Below, piece after piece: positions 29,154 to 38,615 of a DNA stretch of 64,000 nucleotides. Origin of the DNA: Candidatus Sumerlaeaceae bacterium (GTDB lineage: Bacteria > Sumerlaeota > Sumerlaeia > Sumerlaeales > Sumerlaeaceae); NCBI GenBank assembly GCA_051003195.1, contig JBPCLP010000009.1, positions 128,001 through 192,000 of the forward strand. The letters are read 5' to 3'. The notes below the pieces were generated by a model. It searched no databases. It had not been told where the DNA came from and worked only from the letters and a program-made list of their open reading frames with translations. Within the stretch, counting starts at the first letter, position 1. Each line of letters begins with the position of its first letter. Both the position numbers and the translations under genes were made by a program.

Positions 29154-30335
29154 ATGCCTCTTTCGACTGAACAGTACTCTCGTTACGCTCGCCACCTGAC
29201 ACTGCCTGAGGTCGGCCTGGAAGGCCAGGAGAAGCTGTTGACCTCGCGCGTTCTCGCAGTCGGAGCGGGCGGGCTCGGCAGTCCCGCCCTGCTTTATCTT
29301 GCGGCAGCGGGAGTCGGAACCATCGGCATTGTCGATTTCGACGTGGTCGACGTGAGCAACCTTCAGCGTCAGGTTGTGCACTCGACAGGGGACGTCGGCC
29401 GTCCCAAGCTCGACAGCGCGGCGGACCGCCTGCGCGGCCTGAACCCCGATGTGAAGATCGTACCCCATCATGAACGTCTAACCAGCGCAAACGCGATGCA
29501 GATCATTCCGAACTACGACGTGCTGCTGGACGGCTGCGACAATTTCGCGACACGCTACCTGACCAACGACGCATGTGTGCTTCTGAAAAAGCCCAACATC
29601 TTCGGAAGCGTGTACGGCTTTGAGGGACAATCGAGTGTGTTCTGGCCTGCCGGTCCGCAGGGTGGGCCATGCTACCGGTGTCTCTTTCCGGAGCCACCGC
29701 CGCCGGGCAGTGTCCCCAGCTGCGCCGAGGGCGGAGTGCTTGGCGTTCTGCCGGGCTTGATTGGGCTCATACAGGCCACCGAAACGATCAAGATTCTGCT
29801 TGGCCATGGTGAGACACTGGCAGGGCGGCTTCTTCTTTACGATGCGATGGCGATGTCGTTTCGGACCGTTCGCGTGCGGCGAAACCTGCAGTGCCCTGTG
29901 TGTGGCGATAATCCAGGCATTACCCAGTTAATCGACTACGAACACTTCTGCGGCGCTGCCGCTGCGGCGAAGGCAGGTGCCCAACCAACGGGAGGACCAG
30001 CATTGGAAGAGATTACGCTTGAGGACCTGAAGCGCCGCATCGACGCCGGCGAAAAGCTGAACATCATCGACGTACGAAACCCTGACGAAAACGCTGGCGG
30101 CTCCCTTCCCGGAGCCCGGCTTATTCCGTTGCCCGAATTGCCTCGGCGCCTTGGTGAGCTCGACTCACTGCGCGACCAGGAAATTATTCTTCACTGCCAG
30201 AAAGGCGGACGCAGCGCCAAGGCCTGTGAGATTTTACAATCCGCCGGTTTCAAAAGGCCCGTGAATCTTAAAGGCGGTTACTCAGCATGGCAGAAAGCAT
30301 CAGCGGCGTGGCAGAAATCTGCGGCCACAGATTAG
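29154..30335 (+). CDS. moeB: MoeB/MoeZ adenylyltransferase with rhodanese domain
   Basis: RYARH, GAGGLG, SNLQRQ, CYRC, CPVC; rhodanese HCQKGGRS. Confidence 0.92.
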   Translation: MPLSTEQYSRYARHLTLPEVGLEGQEKLLTSRVLAVGAGGLGSPALLYLAAAGVGTIGIVDFDVVDVSNLQRQVVHSTGDVGRPKLDSAADRLRGLNPDVKIVPHHERLTSANAMQIIPNYDVLLDGCDNFATRYLTNDACVLLKKPNIFGSVYGFEGQSSVFWPAGPQGGPCYRCLFPEPPPPGSVPSCAEGGVLGVLPGLIGLIQATETIKILLGHGETLAGRLLLYDAMAMSFRTVRVRRNLQCPVCGDNPGITQLIDYEHFCGAAAAAKAGAQPTGGPALEEITLEDLKRRIDAGEKLNIIDVRNPDENAGGSLPGARLIPLPELPRRLGELDSLRDQEIILHCQKGGRSAKACEILQSAGFKRPVNLKGGYSAWQKASAAWQKSAATD

Positions 30336-30377
30336 CTGAATGATTTCCAATCTCCGTGGCGCTGTGATTAACCAGGC

Positions 30378-31082
30378 ATGAATTCCATCGCTGAAAGCCT
30401 TCATGCTGTCCGGCACCGCATCGCGGCCGCGGCCGACCGCGCTGCACGGCACCCGAATGAAATAACGCTTGTCGCGGTGACAAAGACCCATCCCGTAGAT
30501 GTGATGCTTCAAGCGGTCGTAGCCGGCGTGACCGACGTGGGCGAGAACCGCGTGCAGGAAGCGCTCGACAAAAAACGCGGCATGGAAGCGGCCGGCGCAG
30601 GCCTGCGTTGGCATTTGATCGGACACCTGCAAACCAACAAAGCGAAGTCAGCAATCGAGCACTTTGACCTCATCCACTCCGTCGATTCACTCGCACTCGC
30701 ACAGGCGTTAAACAAGCACGCCTCCGTCGCGGATAAGGTCCAATCGATCCTGCTGCAATTCAACGTCTCCGGCGAGGACACAAAATTCGGTGCCAATCCC
30801 CGCAACGCCCATGAGCTCACTACACAAGTTCTCCAGACGTGTCCCAGTCTACGCATCGACGGTTTCATGACCATGGCCCCGTTCAGCGACAACCCCGAAG
30901 ACGCGCGCCCGCACTTCCGCGCATTGCGTGAGGTTGCACAAACGCTGCGCACCGAATTCCAGAATGCGCCTAACTTCCCAGCAACGCATCTCTCCATGGG
31001 AATGACCGGCGACTTCGAAGTCGCCATCGAAGAGGGCGCAACCATCGTCCGCATCGGCAGCGCCATTTTTGGAGGCAGGTAG
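30378..31082 (+). CDS. yggS: PLP homeostasis protein
   Basis: LVAVTK, GENRVQE, WHLIGHLQTNK, LSMGMT, VRIGSAIFG. Confidence 0.95.
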   Translation: MNSIAESLHAVRHRIAAAADRAARHPNEITLVAVTKTHPVDVMLQAVVAGVTDVGENRVQEALDKKRGMEAAGAGLRWHLIGHLQTNKAKSAIEHFDLIHSVDSLALAQALNKHASVADKVQSILLQFNVSGEDTKFGANPRNAHELTTQVLQTCPSLRIDGFMTMAPFSDNPEDARPHFRALREVAQTLRTEFQNAPNFPATHLSMGMTGDFEVAIEEGATIVRIGSAIFGGR

Positions 31083-31188
31083 TGGAAGTGGATAACTGAA
31101 ACCACTGCCGACCACTCTCGGGCTACTCTTCGCCTATATTGTCTGACGAAATGCGAGTGAAGCTAGTGAAAGCGCTACTCACTGCCTT

Positions 31189-31218
31189 TAGCCAGGATCT
31201 GTCCTTCGGCTAGTTTTT
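31189..31218 (+). terminator. Terminator downstream of yggS
   Basis: TAGCC-AGGA-TCTG-TCCT-TC-GGCTA-GTTTTT. Confidence 0.55.
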
Positions 31219-31231
31219 GGAAAAGAAAAAA

Positions 31232-31376
31232 TAGCTCCCCGCAGAAGTAAATCCCGGTGGGGCCGCGGAAGTAGTACCGGTCACCATGTAGCCAGCCGGC
31301 ACACCGTTGGCAGCCGTATCAGCCGATCGCGCCGTGACCCCAAAGGGAACCGAATCTGCGTCCCTTCCAGGGAATT
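31232..31376 (-). ncRNA. Candidate rod-shaped ncRNA, possibly 6S RNA
   Basis: Nested pairings TTCCC/GGGAG, CGCAGA/TCTGCG and TCCCTTTGGGGTC/GGCCCCACCGGGA around a bubble, followed by a U tract; lies in a convergent intergenic gap. Confidence 0.35.
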
Positions 31377-31463
31377 CCGGATGATGACAATCGCGTTTTT
31401 CGAGTCGGAGCGCCGAAAAGAGACCCGGCTCCGGGATCCGTGTTTTTGAGGTGTGTGCGGACG

Positions 31464-32132
31464 CTAGAAAGTGCCCGCCGATTTGACCTTCACTTTCCGC
31501 AGCGTGAAGCTTTCATTACAGGACGTTTTAGCCTTATCGGTGACCGTTACGAAACCCTCGCCGGATAATTGGAGAAAGCTCGTTGAAGTTCCAGAGTCGA
31601 ACAGCAGTTGCACCACGGCGGAGTCGAGAGACGTCGTGCCAACCGGTCCGTTTGTGTAAAACAGGGAAGCTCCGGCGCTCTCGAAGAAGTTTGGTGTCAC
31701 TGCGCGAACACTCACTTTGGGGTTGCCGTTCTTCCAGGTAACAAGCGCGTCGAGTACCATCGTTCTAGTTCCGCCCAGGGTGACAATGATCGTCCGGAAT
31801 CGAGCTTGTGTGTCGCCTGCCTCGTAGTTGGGGTCGTCGCCCAGTGCTTTGCGGACTTCAAACGCACCGGCATTAATGGTAACACTTGTGTTCTCGTTGA
31901 AACTATCCGTTGGTATCGTGCCCGGATGTATGATGCGGAGTTGAAGCGTTCCTGCGGCGGATTTCGTACAGGTAGTTCCACCTGGGGTGGTGGTGGTCAC
32001 GATTCGATCCGAGAAAGATTCCTTTAGAATGAACCCACCCGGTGCCGCAGATAGATTGGCCGCACAGAGCAGAAGCATACTGCACACTAAAGTTAGCCGA
32101 CACCATAATGCCGACGAGACAACGAGCTGCAT
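31464..32132 (-). CDS. Secreted hypothetical protein
   Basis: GGAGG before the ATG at 32132; signal peptide ending ANLSA; beta-rich. Confidence 0.65.
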   Translation of the reverse strand: MQLVVSSALWCRLTLVCSMLLLCAANLSAAPGGFILKESFSDRIVTTTTPGGTTCTKSAAGTLQLRIIHPGTIPTDSFNENTSVTINAGAFEVRKALGDDPNYEAGDTQARFRTIIVTLGGTRTMVLDALVTWKNGNPKVSVRAVTPNFFESAGASLFYTNGPVGTTSLDSAVVQLLFDSGTSTSFLQLSGEGFVTVTDKAKTSCNESFTLRKVKVKSAGTF

Positions 32133-32334
32133 GATCAAACCTCCGGAGGCAGTGCACTTCAGAACCTGCCGCCGAAACACACCGGTTTTCGACAAAATGC
32201 AAGGCCAGTGTACAGTTCGACGCAAAACTGCTCGCAACCTATAGATTTAGACGCCGCCCTGTCCACGAAGGGGAGACGCGCTCCATGCTTCGACGTGCGG
32301 GGCTGGTCTGCCGGTAGCAGCAGCTCAGCCAATC

Positions 32335-32350
32335 AGGCACAGGCGTTGCA
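32335..32350 (+). promoter_or_regulatory. Sigma54 promoter
   Basis: AGGCAC-AGGCG-TTGCA, about 65 nt before the ATG at 32416. Confidence 0.55.
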
Positions 32351-32415
32351 TGGGGTTTCCACAAACGCGTGGTTTCTGTGTGATCCGCAGAAGCTGTGAA
32401 CGAGGGAGAACGGCC

Positions 32416-33456
32416 ATGAACCGATCGACGGCAGAGCTTGAAGTGATGCGCGCGGCAGGGGCGGAGATGGAGAGCGATGGGCATGTCAGCATGCACATTG
32501 CCCGCGATGTGTACTGCATCCCGCTGTCCGTTGTGAATGCGTACCTCGTCGGCACCCGCGAAAGTTTTATCCTGGTGGACTGCGGTTTGTATCTTTCAGC
32601 CGGGAAAATTCTGCGGGCAGTGGCCGAGCGTTTTGGAGAACATGCACGCCCCTCAGCGATTGTTTTGACGCACGGGCACTTCGATCATGTCGGCGCATTG
32701 ACACAACTGCTGAACCAGTGGAACGTGACTGTGTACGTGCATCGAATGGAGATGCCCTATCTGGACGGCCGTTCCAGTTATCCGCCACCGGACCCGACGG
32801 TGGGCGGTGGCGCGATGTCATTCATGTCGCCGTTGTTGCCGAACGCGCCGCTGCATGTTGGCGAGCATTTGCAGCCTTTGCCGGAGGACGCGAGCGTTCC
32901 CGGCGTGAGCGGCTGGCGCTGGATCGCGACCCCGGGCCACACCCCGGGTCACGTGTCGCTATACCGCGAACGCGATGGCGTGTTGATCGCCGGCGACGCG
33001 TTTGTCACCACGCGCCAGGAATCCGCCGTCGCGGCGATCATGCAACCAATCGAGGTCAACGGCCCGCCGGCGTACTTTACGCCGGATTGGGAATCTGCGA
33101 AGCGGTCTGTGTGGAAGCTGGCGGAACTTGAGCCGGTGATTGTTGCAACAGGTCATGGTCGTCCGCTGCGCGGTGAGCCGATGCGGGTTGCGCTTCGCGA
33201 ACTGGCGCTCAGTTTCGACGAAATCGCGCGGCCTGCGCATGGCCGTTACGTGCATCAGCCCGCCGTCAGCGATGAGAATGGCACAGTCTCGGTTCCACCG
33301 ACAGCCGTCGAGCCCGCGCTCATGGTGGCAGGTGGTGTTGCGATGGGCCTTTTGGCGGGCCTCCTGTTGAAAGGAATCATTAACGCATCGTCAGCGCCCC
33401 GCATCCCTAAAAGACGTGGTTCGCGACCCTCCGATTATGGCCACATGACGCCGTGA
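32416..33456 (+). CDS. MBL-fold metallo-hydrolase (YflN-like) with C-terminal TM segment
   Basis: THGHFDH, TPGHTPGH, AGDA, TGHG. Confidence 0.88.
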   Translation: MNRSTAELEVMRAAGAEMESDGHVSMHIARDVYCIPLSVVNAYLVGTRESFILVDCGLYLSAGKILRAVAERFGEHARPSAIVLTHGHFDHVGALTQLLNQWNVTVYVHRMEMPYLDGRSSYPPPDPTVGGGAMSFMSPLLPNAPLHVGEHLQPLPEDASVPGVSGWRWIATPGHTPGHVSLYRERDGVLIAGDAFVTTRQESAVAAIMQPIEVNGPPAYFTPDWESAKRSVWKLAELEPVIVATGHGRPLRGEPMRVALRELALSFDEIARPAHGRYVHQPAVSDENGTVSVPPTAVEPALMVAGGVAMGLLAGLLLKGIINASSAPRIPKRRGSRPSDYGHMTP

Positions 33457-33471
33457 TATTACTGCTGTGTA

Positions 33472-33822
33472 TTAATCTCGCTTTGTGCGAGCTTCATGCA
33501 GCAGTTCCTGGATAGCGGGTTTGAGCTGTGGTATATCCTTTTCAACCGCTGCCCAGACCTCGTGAAGATCGACGCCAAAGTAATTGTGCACCAGAATGCT
33601 TCTCATTGCAGCAATCTGTGCCCATGGTATATTTGGACGAAGCCGCTGAAGTTCCTCGCGAATCGAGCGCACAGCTTCGCCAATGATTTGGATATGGTAT
33701 ACCATCCACACCTGGACCATACGATCAGTAAGAAATGCTTCTTCGCCCTTTGCTGCCGCGACTTCTTCGATGCGGTCAATCGCCTCAAGGATGTGTTCAA
33801 GGCGATCCACCAAACTTCTCAC
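33472..33822 (-). CDS. HEPN/DUF86 ribonuclease toxin (HepT-like)
   Basis: IIGEA, IPW..IAAMRSILVHNY (Rx4HxY). Confidence 0.9.
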   Translation of the reverse strand: MRSLVDRLEHILEAIDRIEEVAAAKGEEAFLTDRMVQVWMVYHIQIIGEAVRSIREELQRLRPNIPWAQIAAMRSILVHNYFGVDLHEVWAAVEKDIPQLKPAIQELLHEARTKRD

Positions 33823-34121
33823 AGGGCAACGGCTTCCCTTAAGATACGATCCCGGTATTTTGCCTTCAGCCCGCGTTCACTCGCAATGTCGACCCGCCGG
33901 GCCAGCAACGTTTCAAGCGCCAACTGCAACGACGCGTGATCGAGCAGGCTCCGGCCTGGCTCGAAACTAACGAGAAAGTCTACGTCGCTCTTCACTCCGG
34001 CGTGTCCCCGCGCCACTGACCCGAATATGCGCACATGAGTAGCACCATGCAGGTGGGCCACTTCCAAAATACGCTTTCGCTGAGCTCTTAAATCATCGAG
34101 GTTCATATCGGTCTCGTGCAT
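33819..34121 (-). CDS. Minimal nucleotidyltransferase antitoxin (MntA-like)
   Basis: FGSVARG...SDVDFLV; 4-bp overlap with the HEPN gene. Confidence 0.9.
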   Translation of the reverse strand: MHETDMNLDDLRAQRKRILEVAHLHGATHVRIFGSVARGHAGVKSDVDFLVSFEPGRSLLDHASLQLALETLLARRVDIASERGLKAKYRDRILREAVAL

Positions 34122-34161
34122 CTATACAGCATCTTCGCGCTCTCATTGTTTGACCCGCTGT

Positions 34162-36228
34162 TTATGCGTTCACATAATTCACGCGCTCGTCATGTAACAC
34201 GCCTTCTAACAGGATGCGTAATGTGAGATAAACCTTCATGTCGATCGGGCCAGCCGCTTCCAGGGGCTCCAGCGGTGGCAGGGGCTCGACGTTTTCGGGA
34301 TTAACTGGAAATGTTCCCAGCGCGGTTGTGAATTCGTGCAGTTCCTTGTCGGTGGTATTCGGCACCCGCAGGATATACTCCTGTCCGTGCATGCGACCAT
34401 AAATGATTTCCGCATCCTCGCGTACCTCGATGTAGAACCCATCATACTTCTCGAACGAGTCCCACTCCTTGAAATCCGAAAAAAAGGTAGGCTTCTGTAT
34501 AAACGGCCCACCATATTCCGGACAGAAAGTATCGCAGTTTCCACACTCATTGCAGAAGGCCGCGAAGTTCGCGATCTGGCGGCTTTTCTTAAGCTGTAGC
34601 TGGTGCTCGCCATCGATCGCAACGATCTGCCCATTTTTAAGCAGGTAATTGCGGTAGGTAATATCGGTCTCGGGTGACTGGTAGGTGAAGTTTGCGTCGT
34701 TAGGGCATACCGGTATGCACTTGTCGCAGGTGATGCAGTCGAAAACCGTCAGGAAAGAGTTGATTCGTTTTGGGATGACGGCGTTTCGTGTGCGCGAATA
34801 TCGTGTATCTGCGACAACTTCCCGTGCGATACGTTCGTGGTTGTACATACCCTGGTTTGCGAGCAGCTCACCCGTCTGCGTCGCAACTTCGCCGGCGTCA
34901 TTGCCACTGTAGTTCATAATGTACTGGTCGATACTGAACGCACTAACCCGCCGCATGTCCGTCTCGAGTGCTCGGACATAATCGATCGTTCGTCCAAATC
35001 CGCCAGGCTTGAGTAAATCGGTACATGTGGTAATCGGAACAAATCCGCAGGCAACGCATGGCGCAAAGTTCATCTTGTCGACGCCCGCGCTAAAGGAGAT
35101 CGGCACGTAGCCGTCCTCCTGCGGTTCGCGTTCATCGGTGGTCAGGCCGTTAACGTGCGAAAGATAAGCGCTGCGGAACTTGTACGCCAGCTCGACCGCT
35201 ATCGGGTGCAGCGGTGCACCACTCATGTACATGACCTTCTCACTCGGCTGAAAAAAGTCACGATGGTTCATCACTTCGAGAGTATTGTTGAACTTTGCGC
35301 CCACGCGCAACCCGAGGCTGTGTGCCAGCCGGCGCAGACGACGCGTTATGACGATCGAGTCATCAAATTGCAGACCGCTGGTGAGCGCCGCCGGGTTTAA
35401 CTGCATTTCAGGATAGCCGAGGATGTTGTGCAGAATCTCATCCAGTCGTTCGCCGCCAAGCATGGTCGGATTCATCTTGATGATCGTGTGCAGGTGGTTC
35501 TCCCGGAGAAGAAACTCCACGATACGCTCGATTTCATCGGCAGGGCAGCCGTGGAAGGTCGAAAGCGTGGCCGTGTTCACGATTCGCGGGTCGTACTCGA
35601 TGCTTCGCAGATGTGCGAATTCATCGGGGATTTCCGCGCGCAGTCGATCAATGACAGAGGAAGCGTCCAGAAGCCCGTGGATAAACGTCTGTACCTTTTC
35701 GCTGCGTATACCCTCGAGATTGTACCCGCACGACAGGTCAAAGATGCAGTCGTAAAAGTTAGGCAGTTCGTGGTGCGCCGTCGCGCGGGCGCGCTTCGGG
35801 ACACCGAGCGTTTCCTCCTGCTCCAGCATACGGAGCAGCATCCAGGCCTTTACGTATTCATCCAGGCTTTGCCCCAGCAGCAGCTCCTGCGAGAACTCTA
35901 TATTATATCCGACGTTCGTCGCATCAATGCACGGGCGCCCGATGCTGAGCCGATCATCGATCTGCACCGTCTTAAGTTCCATAACCCGGCAGCCGCCGAG
36001 CCACGAGAGCACGATGTTTTGCGCCATCTGGGTGTGAGGACCCGCGGCGGGGCCGAGGGGTGTCGCGGCCGGATACCCGTGAAACCGGACACCGGTGTTA
36101 AGCTCCGCGGCTTCGGCCCCCCGCCAGAACTTGTTGGCCGGCAGGTCAAAGATCTTATTCTCTCTCTGGAATTCACGGAACATACGGCGCACAAGTTGCG
36201 CGAAGGGCAATGGCACTAATTCAGGCAT
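34162..36228 (-). CDS. YgfK-like Fe-S oxidoreductase lacking the central FAD/NADPH module
   Basis: TPLGPAAGPHTQMAQNI, ELKTVQ, TLSTFHGCP; CITCDKCIPVCPN and CNECGNCDTFCP. Confidence 0.8.
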   Translation of the reverse strand: MPELVPLPFAQLVRRMFREFQRENKIFDLPANKFWRGAEAAELNTGVRFHGYPAATPLGPAAGPHTQMAQNIVLSWLGGCRVMELKTVQIDDRLSIGRPCIDATNVGYNIEFSQELLLGQSLDEYVKAWMLLRMLEQEETLGVPKRARATAHHELPNFYDCIFDLSCGYNLEGIRSEKVQTFIHGLLDASSVIDRLRAEIPDEFAHLRSIEYDPRIVNTATLSTFHGCPADEIERIVEFLLRENHLHTIIKMNPTMLGGERLDEILHNILGYPEMQLNPAALTSGLQFDDSIVITRRLRRLAHSLGLRVGAKFNNTLEVMNHRDFFQPSEKVMYMSGAPLHPIAVELAYKFRSAYLSHVNGLTTDEREPQEDGYVPISFSAGVDKMNFAPCVACGFVPITTCTDLLKPGGFGRTIDYVRALETDMRRVSAFSIDQYIMNYSGNDAGEVATQTGELLANQGMYNHERIAREVVADTRYSRTRNAVIPKRINSFLTVFDCITCDKCIPVCPNDANFTYQSPETDITYRNYLLKNGQIVAIDGEHQLQLKKSRQIANFAAFCNECGNCDTFCPEYGGPFIQKPTFFSDFKEWDSFEKYDGFYIEVREDAEIIYGRMHGQEYILRVPNTTDKELHEFTTALGTFPVNPENVEPLPPLEPLEAAGPIDMKVYLTLRILLEGVLHDERVNYVNA

Positions 36229-36341
36229 GCGGCAGGGTGGGCTGCGTCGAATGCCCCTGTCAAAAAGAAGCTGTTGAACCTTCGATGCGCATCTCGCAGC
36301 TAAACCGCACTTCTAATCATAGAGAGACAAAGCTACCGCTT

Positions 36342-37583
36342 ATGCCGATACTTCGCAGGGAAGAAGCGCCTGATCTGCTCGGACCGTACCTGGTATACTT
36401 ATGGCAGCGCAAACTCTGGATCCTGGTTCCAGGTCTGCTCGTATTCGTACTGGTCTATATTGCGATGCGATTTGTGGCAGAGGAGTATAAGGCCACGGGC
36501 GCACTATATGTTAACCGGTTGATGGCAGGGCAGGACCGCGATGAAGTCCTCAGCCCTGCTACGGTTGCACAGCTACTGGAAAGCAGTATGATTCTGCACC
36601 GGGTTCGGGACGAATATATGCAGGCCTTCGGTATTGCGCACGCGCCGCAATTCGAGAAGTTTGCCCGCCGGTTCAAGGTCAAGACCGACATTCTACAGGA
36701 CACTTCCGTGCGGAAAGACGTCTCCCCGGTTCTCGAGCTGGAGGTACAAAGCGATGGCACCAGCCAGACACGATTCCTCATGGAAAGCTGGATTCGTAAC
36801 GCCATCTCCGAATTCGGCAATGTCGCTGCGGATGAAGCCGTTTCCAAACGCGACAACCTGCAGCGCGAGAACGCCAGGCTCGAAACCGAAATTCAGCATG
36901 CGGAAGGAGAACGCTCTCAGGTACGTACCCAGCTCGTCCTGCAGGAGAAGCTGCTCGCGCAGTCAATGGACCTGCTGGCCCCCGCGGAATTTTCGCAGAA
37001 AGCAGTGCAGTCTGACAGAATTCTCAACACCGACGTCGATTCCCGTACCGGAGGTGATTCCAGGGTCGAGGTATCGATCAATTCGCAGCCCAAGCCTCCC
37101 GGCCTTCTGTCTCACATCTCATCTCTACAATTGCAACTTGCCCTGAGTCGCACCGGAGCAGCCGGTACGACTCCAACCACGGAACTGGAACGCCAGGCCG
37201 CCGCTGTAAACTCGGTCATCCAGGACATGCAGACTTCCATATCGGCCTTGCAGAAAACTGTCGCTGATTTGACCCGTGAAGTATCCCGACTGGACCGCGA
37301 TCTGGAGTACAAACGTAGCATCCAGGCGCGCCTTCACATAAGCCTGAATCGCTATGCCGTGTCTGCGGCTTTGGCAACGCATGCAGTGGAGAACGGCCTG
37401 CCTGCCGGGGCCGATCTTCGGGCCATCTCCATGCCCGTGCAGCCCGAGCTTCGAATCTGGCCCAAGCGTACATTTGCCGCCGGTGGCGCGGCGTTGGCAG
37501 CCATGCTTTTCATCAGCGTTGCGCTGTTGCTGCACCGCTACCTGCAGGCTGTCGTCCTGAAGACACGGGAAGTTGTTGAATGA
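36342..37583 (+). CDS. Wzz/GumC-like polysaccharide co-polymerase
   Basis: N- and C-terminal TM helices flanking coiled coils; PxxPxxRIWPKR before TM2. Confidence 0.7.
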   Translation: MPILRREEAPDLLGPYLVYLWQRKLWILVPGLLVFVLVYIAMRFVAEEYKATGALYVNRLMAGQDRDEVLSPATVAQLLESSMILHRVRDEYMQAFGIAHAPQFEKFARRFKVKTDILQDTSVRKDVSPVLELEVQSDGTSQTRFLMESWIRNAISEFGNVAADEAVSKRDNLQRENARLETEIQHAEGERSQVRTQLVLQEKLLAQSMDLLAPAEFSQKAVQSDRILNTDVDSRTGGDSRVEVSINSQPKPPGLLSHISSLQLQLALSRTGAAGTTPTTELERQAAAVNSVIQDMQTSISALQKTVADLTREVSRLDRDLEYKRSIQARLHISLNRYAVSAALATHAVENGLPAGADLRAISMPVQPELRIWPKRTFAAGGAALAAMLFISVALLLHRYLQAVVLKTREVVE

Positions 37584-37586
37584 GTC

Positions 37587-38051
37587 ATGTGGCGGTCGCT
37601 GCGCGATAAATTGCCGCTCTTCATTGGTGCGGGGGTGGTTACGGCGCTGTTTTTCCTGGGTGTGCTGGAGTGGGATAAAACGGTGGGCTGGGTGCGGCAC
37701 TACATTTTTCGGGTAAAGGGAGTTGCGCAGAATATCGGCAAAAGCCCGCCGCCTGGCGATCTCAATGCCGCGCGTGCCTGCCGCGAAAATCTGCACCGCA
37801 TGCAAGCCGCAAAGCGTAAGGCTGCTTTTGATCGAGGACAACAGGTCGGGCCGATCAGCTGGGAAGAAGTGCTTCGCCGTCTTCCCGACATTCCGCAGCG
37901 CCGGCTCCATCCAGCCGAGTTGGAAAAGTTTACGCCCAAATGCCCGGCTCGCGGCACCTATTCACTGGGTAACCTGGAGGAAGTGCCGCGGTGCACTGTT
38001 AGCGGGCAGAACACCCTCACCCTCGAAGACGATCATATCATTGTGGATTGA
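37587..38051 (+). CDS. Membrane-anchored pilin-like C-terminal domain protein
   Basis: TM helix, then ACRENL..MQAAK...PKCPARGTY...PRC; no GFTLIE motif. Confidence 0.55.
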   Translation: MWRSLRDKLPLFIGAGVVTALFFLGVLEWDKTVGWVRHYIFRVKGVAQNIGKSPPPGDLNAARACRENLHRMQAAKRKAAFDRGQQVGPISWEEVLRRLPDIPQRRLHPAELEKFTPKCPARGTYSLGNLEEVPRCTVSGQNTLTLEDDHIIVD

Positions 38052-38111
38052 TCCAGCGTCCAATAATCTTCTGGCAAGCGACTTTCGCGGGGCTCACGGT
38101 GCGCAATCGAC

Positions 38112-38615
38112 ATGGACCTGAAACCGCTGGTTGGTGTGATCATGGGCTCCGATTCCGATTGGGACACGATGATCCACACTTCGAAGATGCTCGAGCAGCT
38201 TGGGGTGCCGCACGAGGTGCGGGTGGTATCCGCTCATCGGACGCCGGACCTGCTTTTTGAATACGCTTCCACCGCCGAGGCGCGCGGCATCCAGGTATTG
38301 ATAGCAGGCGCCGGGGGAGCGGCTCACCTGCCTGGCATGGCTGCCAGCAAAACGCTCCTTCCGGTGCTCGGTGTGCCTGTGGAGTCAAAGGTGCTGCGAG
38401 GCGTGGATTCGCTGCTGTCCATTGTGCAGATGCCGGCCGGAGTTCCAGTCGGCACATTGGCAATTGGCCGCGCCGGCGCAATCAACGCAGCGCTTCTCGC
38501 CACCACCATCGTAAGCCGCACGCATCCGGAATTGCGTGAAGCTCTTCTCAACTACCGCGCAATGCAAACCCAGGCGGTACTCGCCAAGCCGGATCCGCGG
38601 AACACCAACGCGTGA
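38112..38615 (+). CDS. purE: N5-CAIR mutase
   Basis: [29 protein letters not shown]. Confidence 0.97.
   Translation: MDLKPLVGVIMGSDSDWDTMIHTSKMLEQLGVPHEVRVVSAHRTPDLLFEYASTAEARGIQVLIAGAGGAAHLPGMAASKTLLPVLGVPVESKVLRGVDSLLSIVQMPAGVPVGTLAIGRAGAINAALLATTIVSRTHPELREALLNYRAMQTQAVLAKPDPRNTNA

Noticed and set aside
31081..31125. ZTP (pfl) riboswitch-like words GGAAGTGG...CCAC...GCCGACC
   Set aside because: Lacks P1 and the linker, and no downstream gene on that strand.
31143..31186. CTGACGA...GAAA hammerhead-like core
   Set aside because: Stems II and III cannot be formed convincingly; a simple hairpin explains the segment.
36510..36523. GTTAACCGGTTGAT, similar to the LacI-type operator (also AACCGGTT at 7391)
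   Set aside because: Inside coding sequence with weaker flanks; probably chance.
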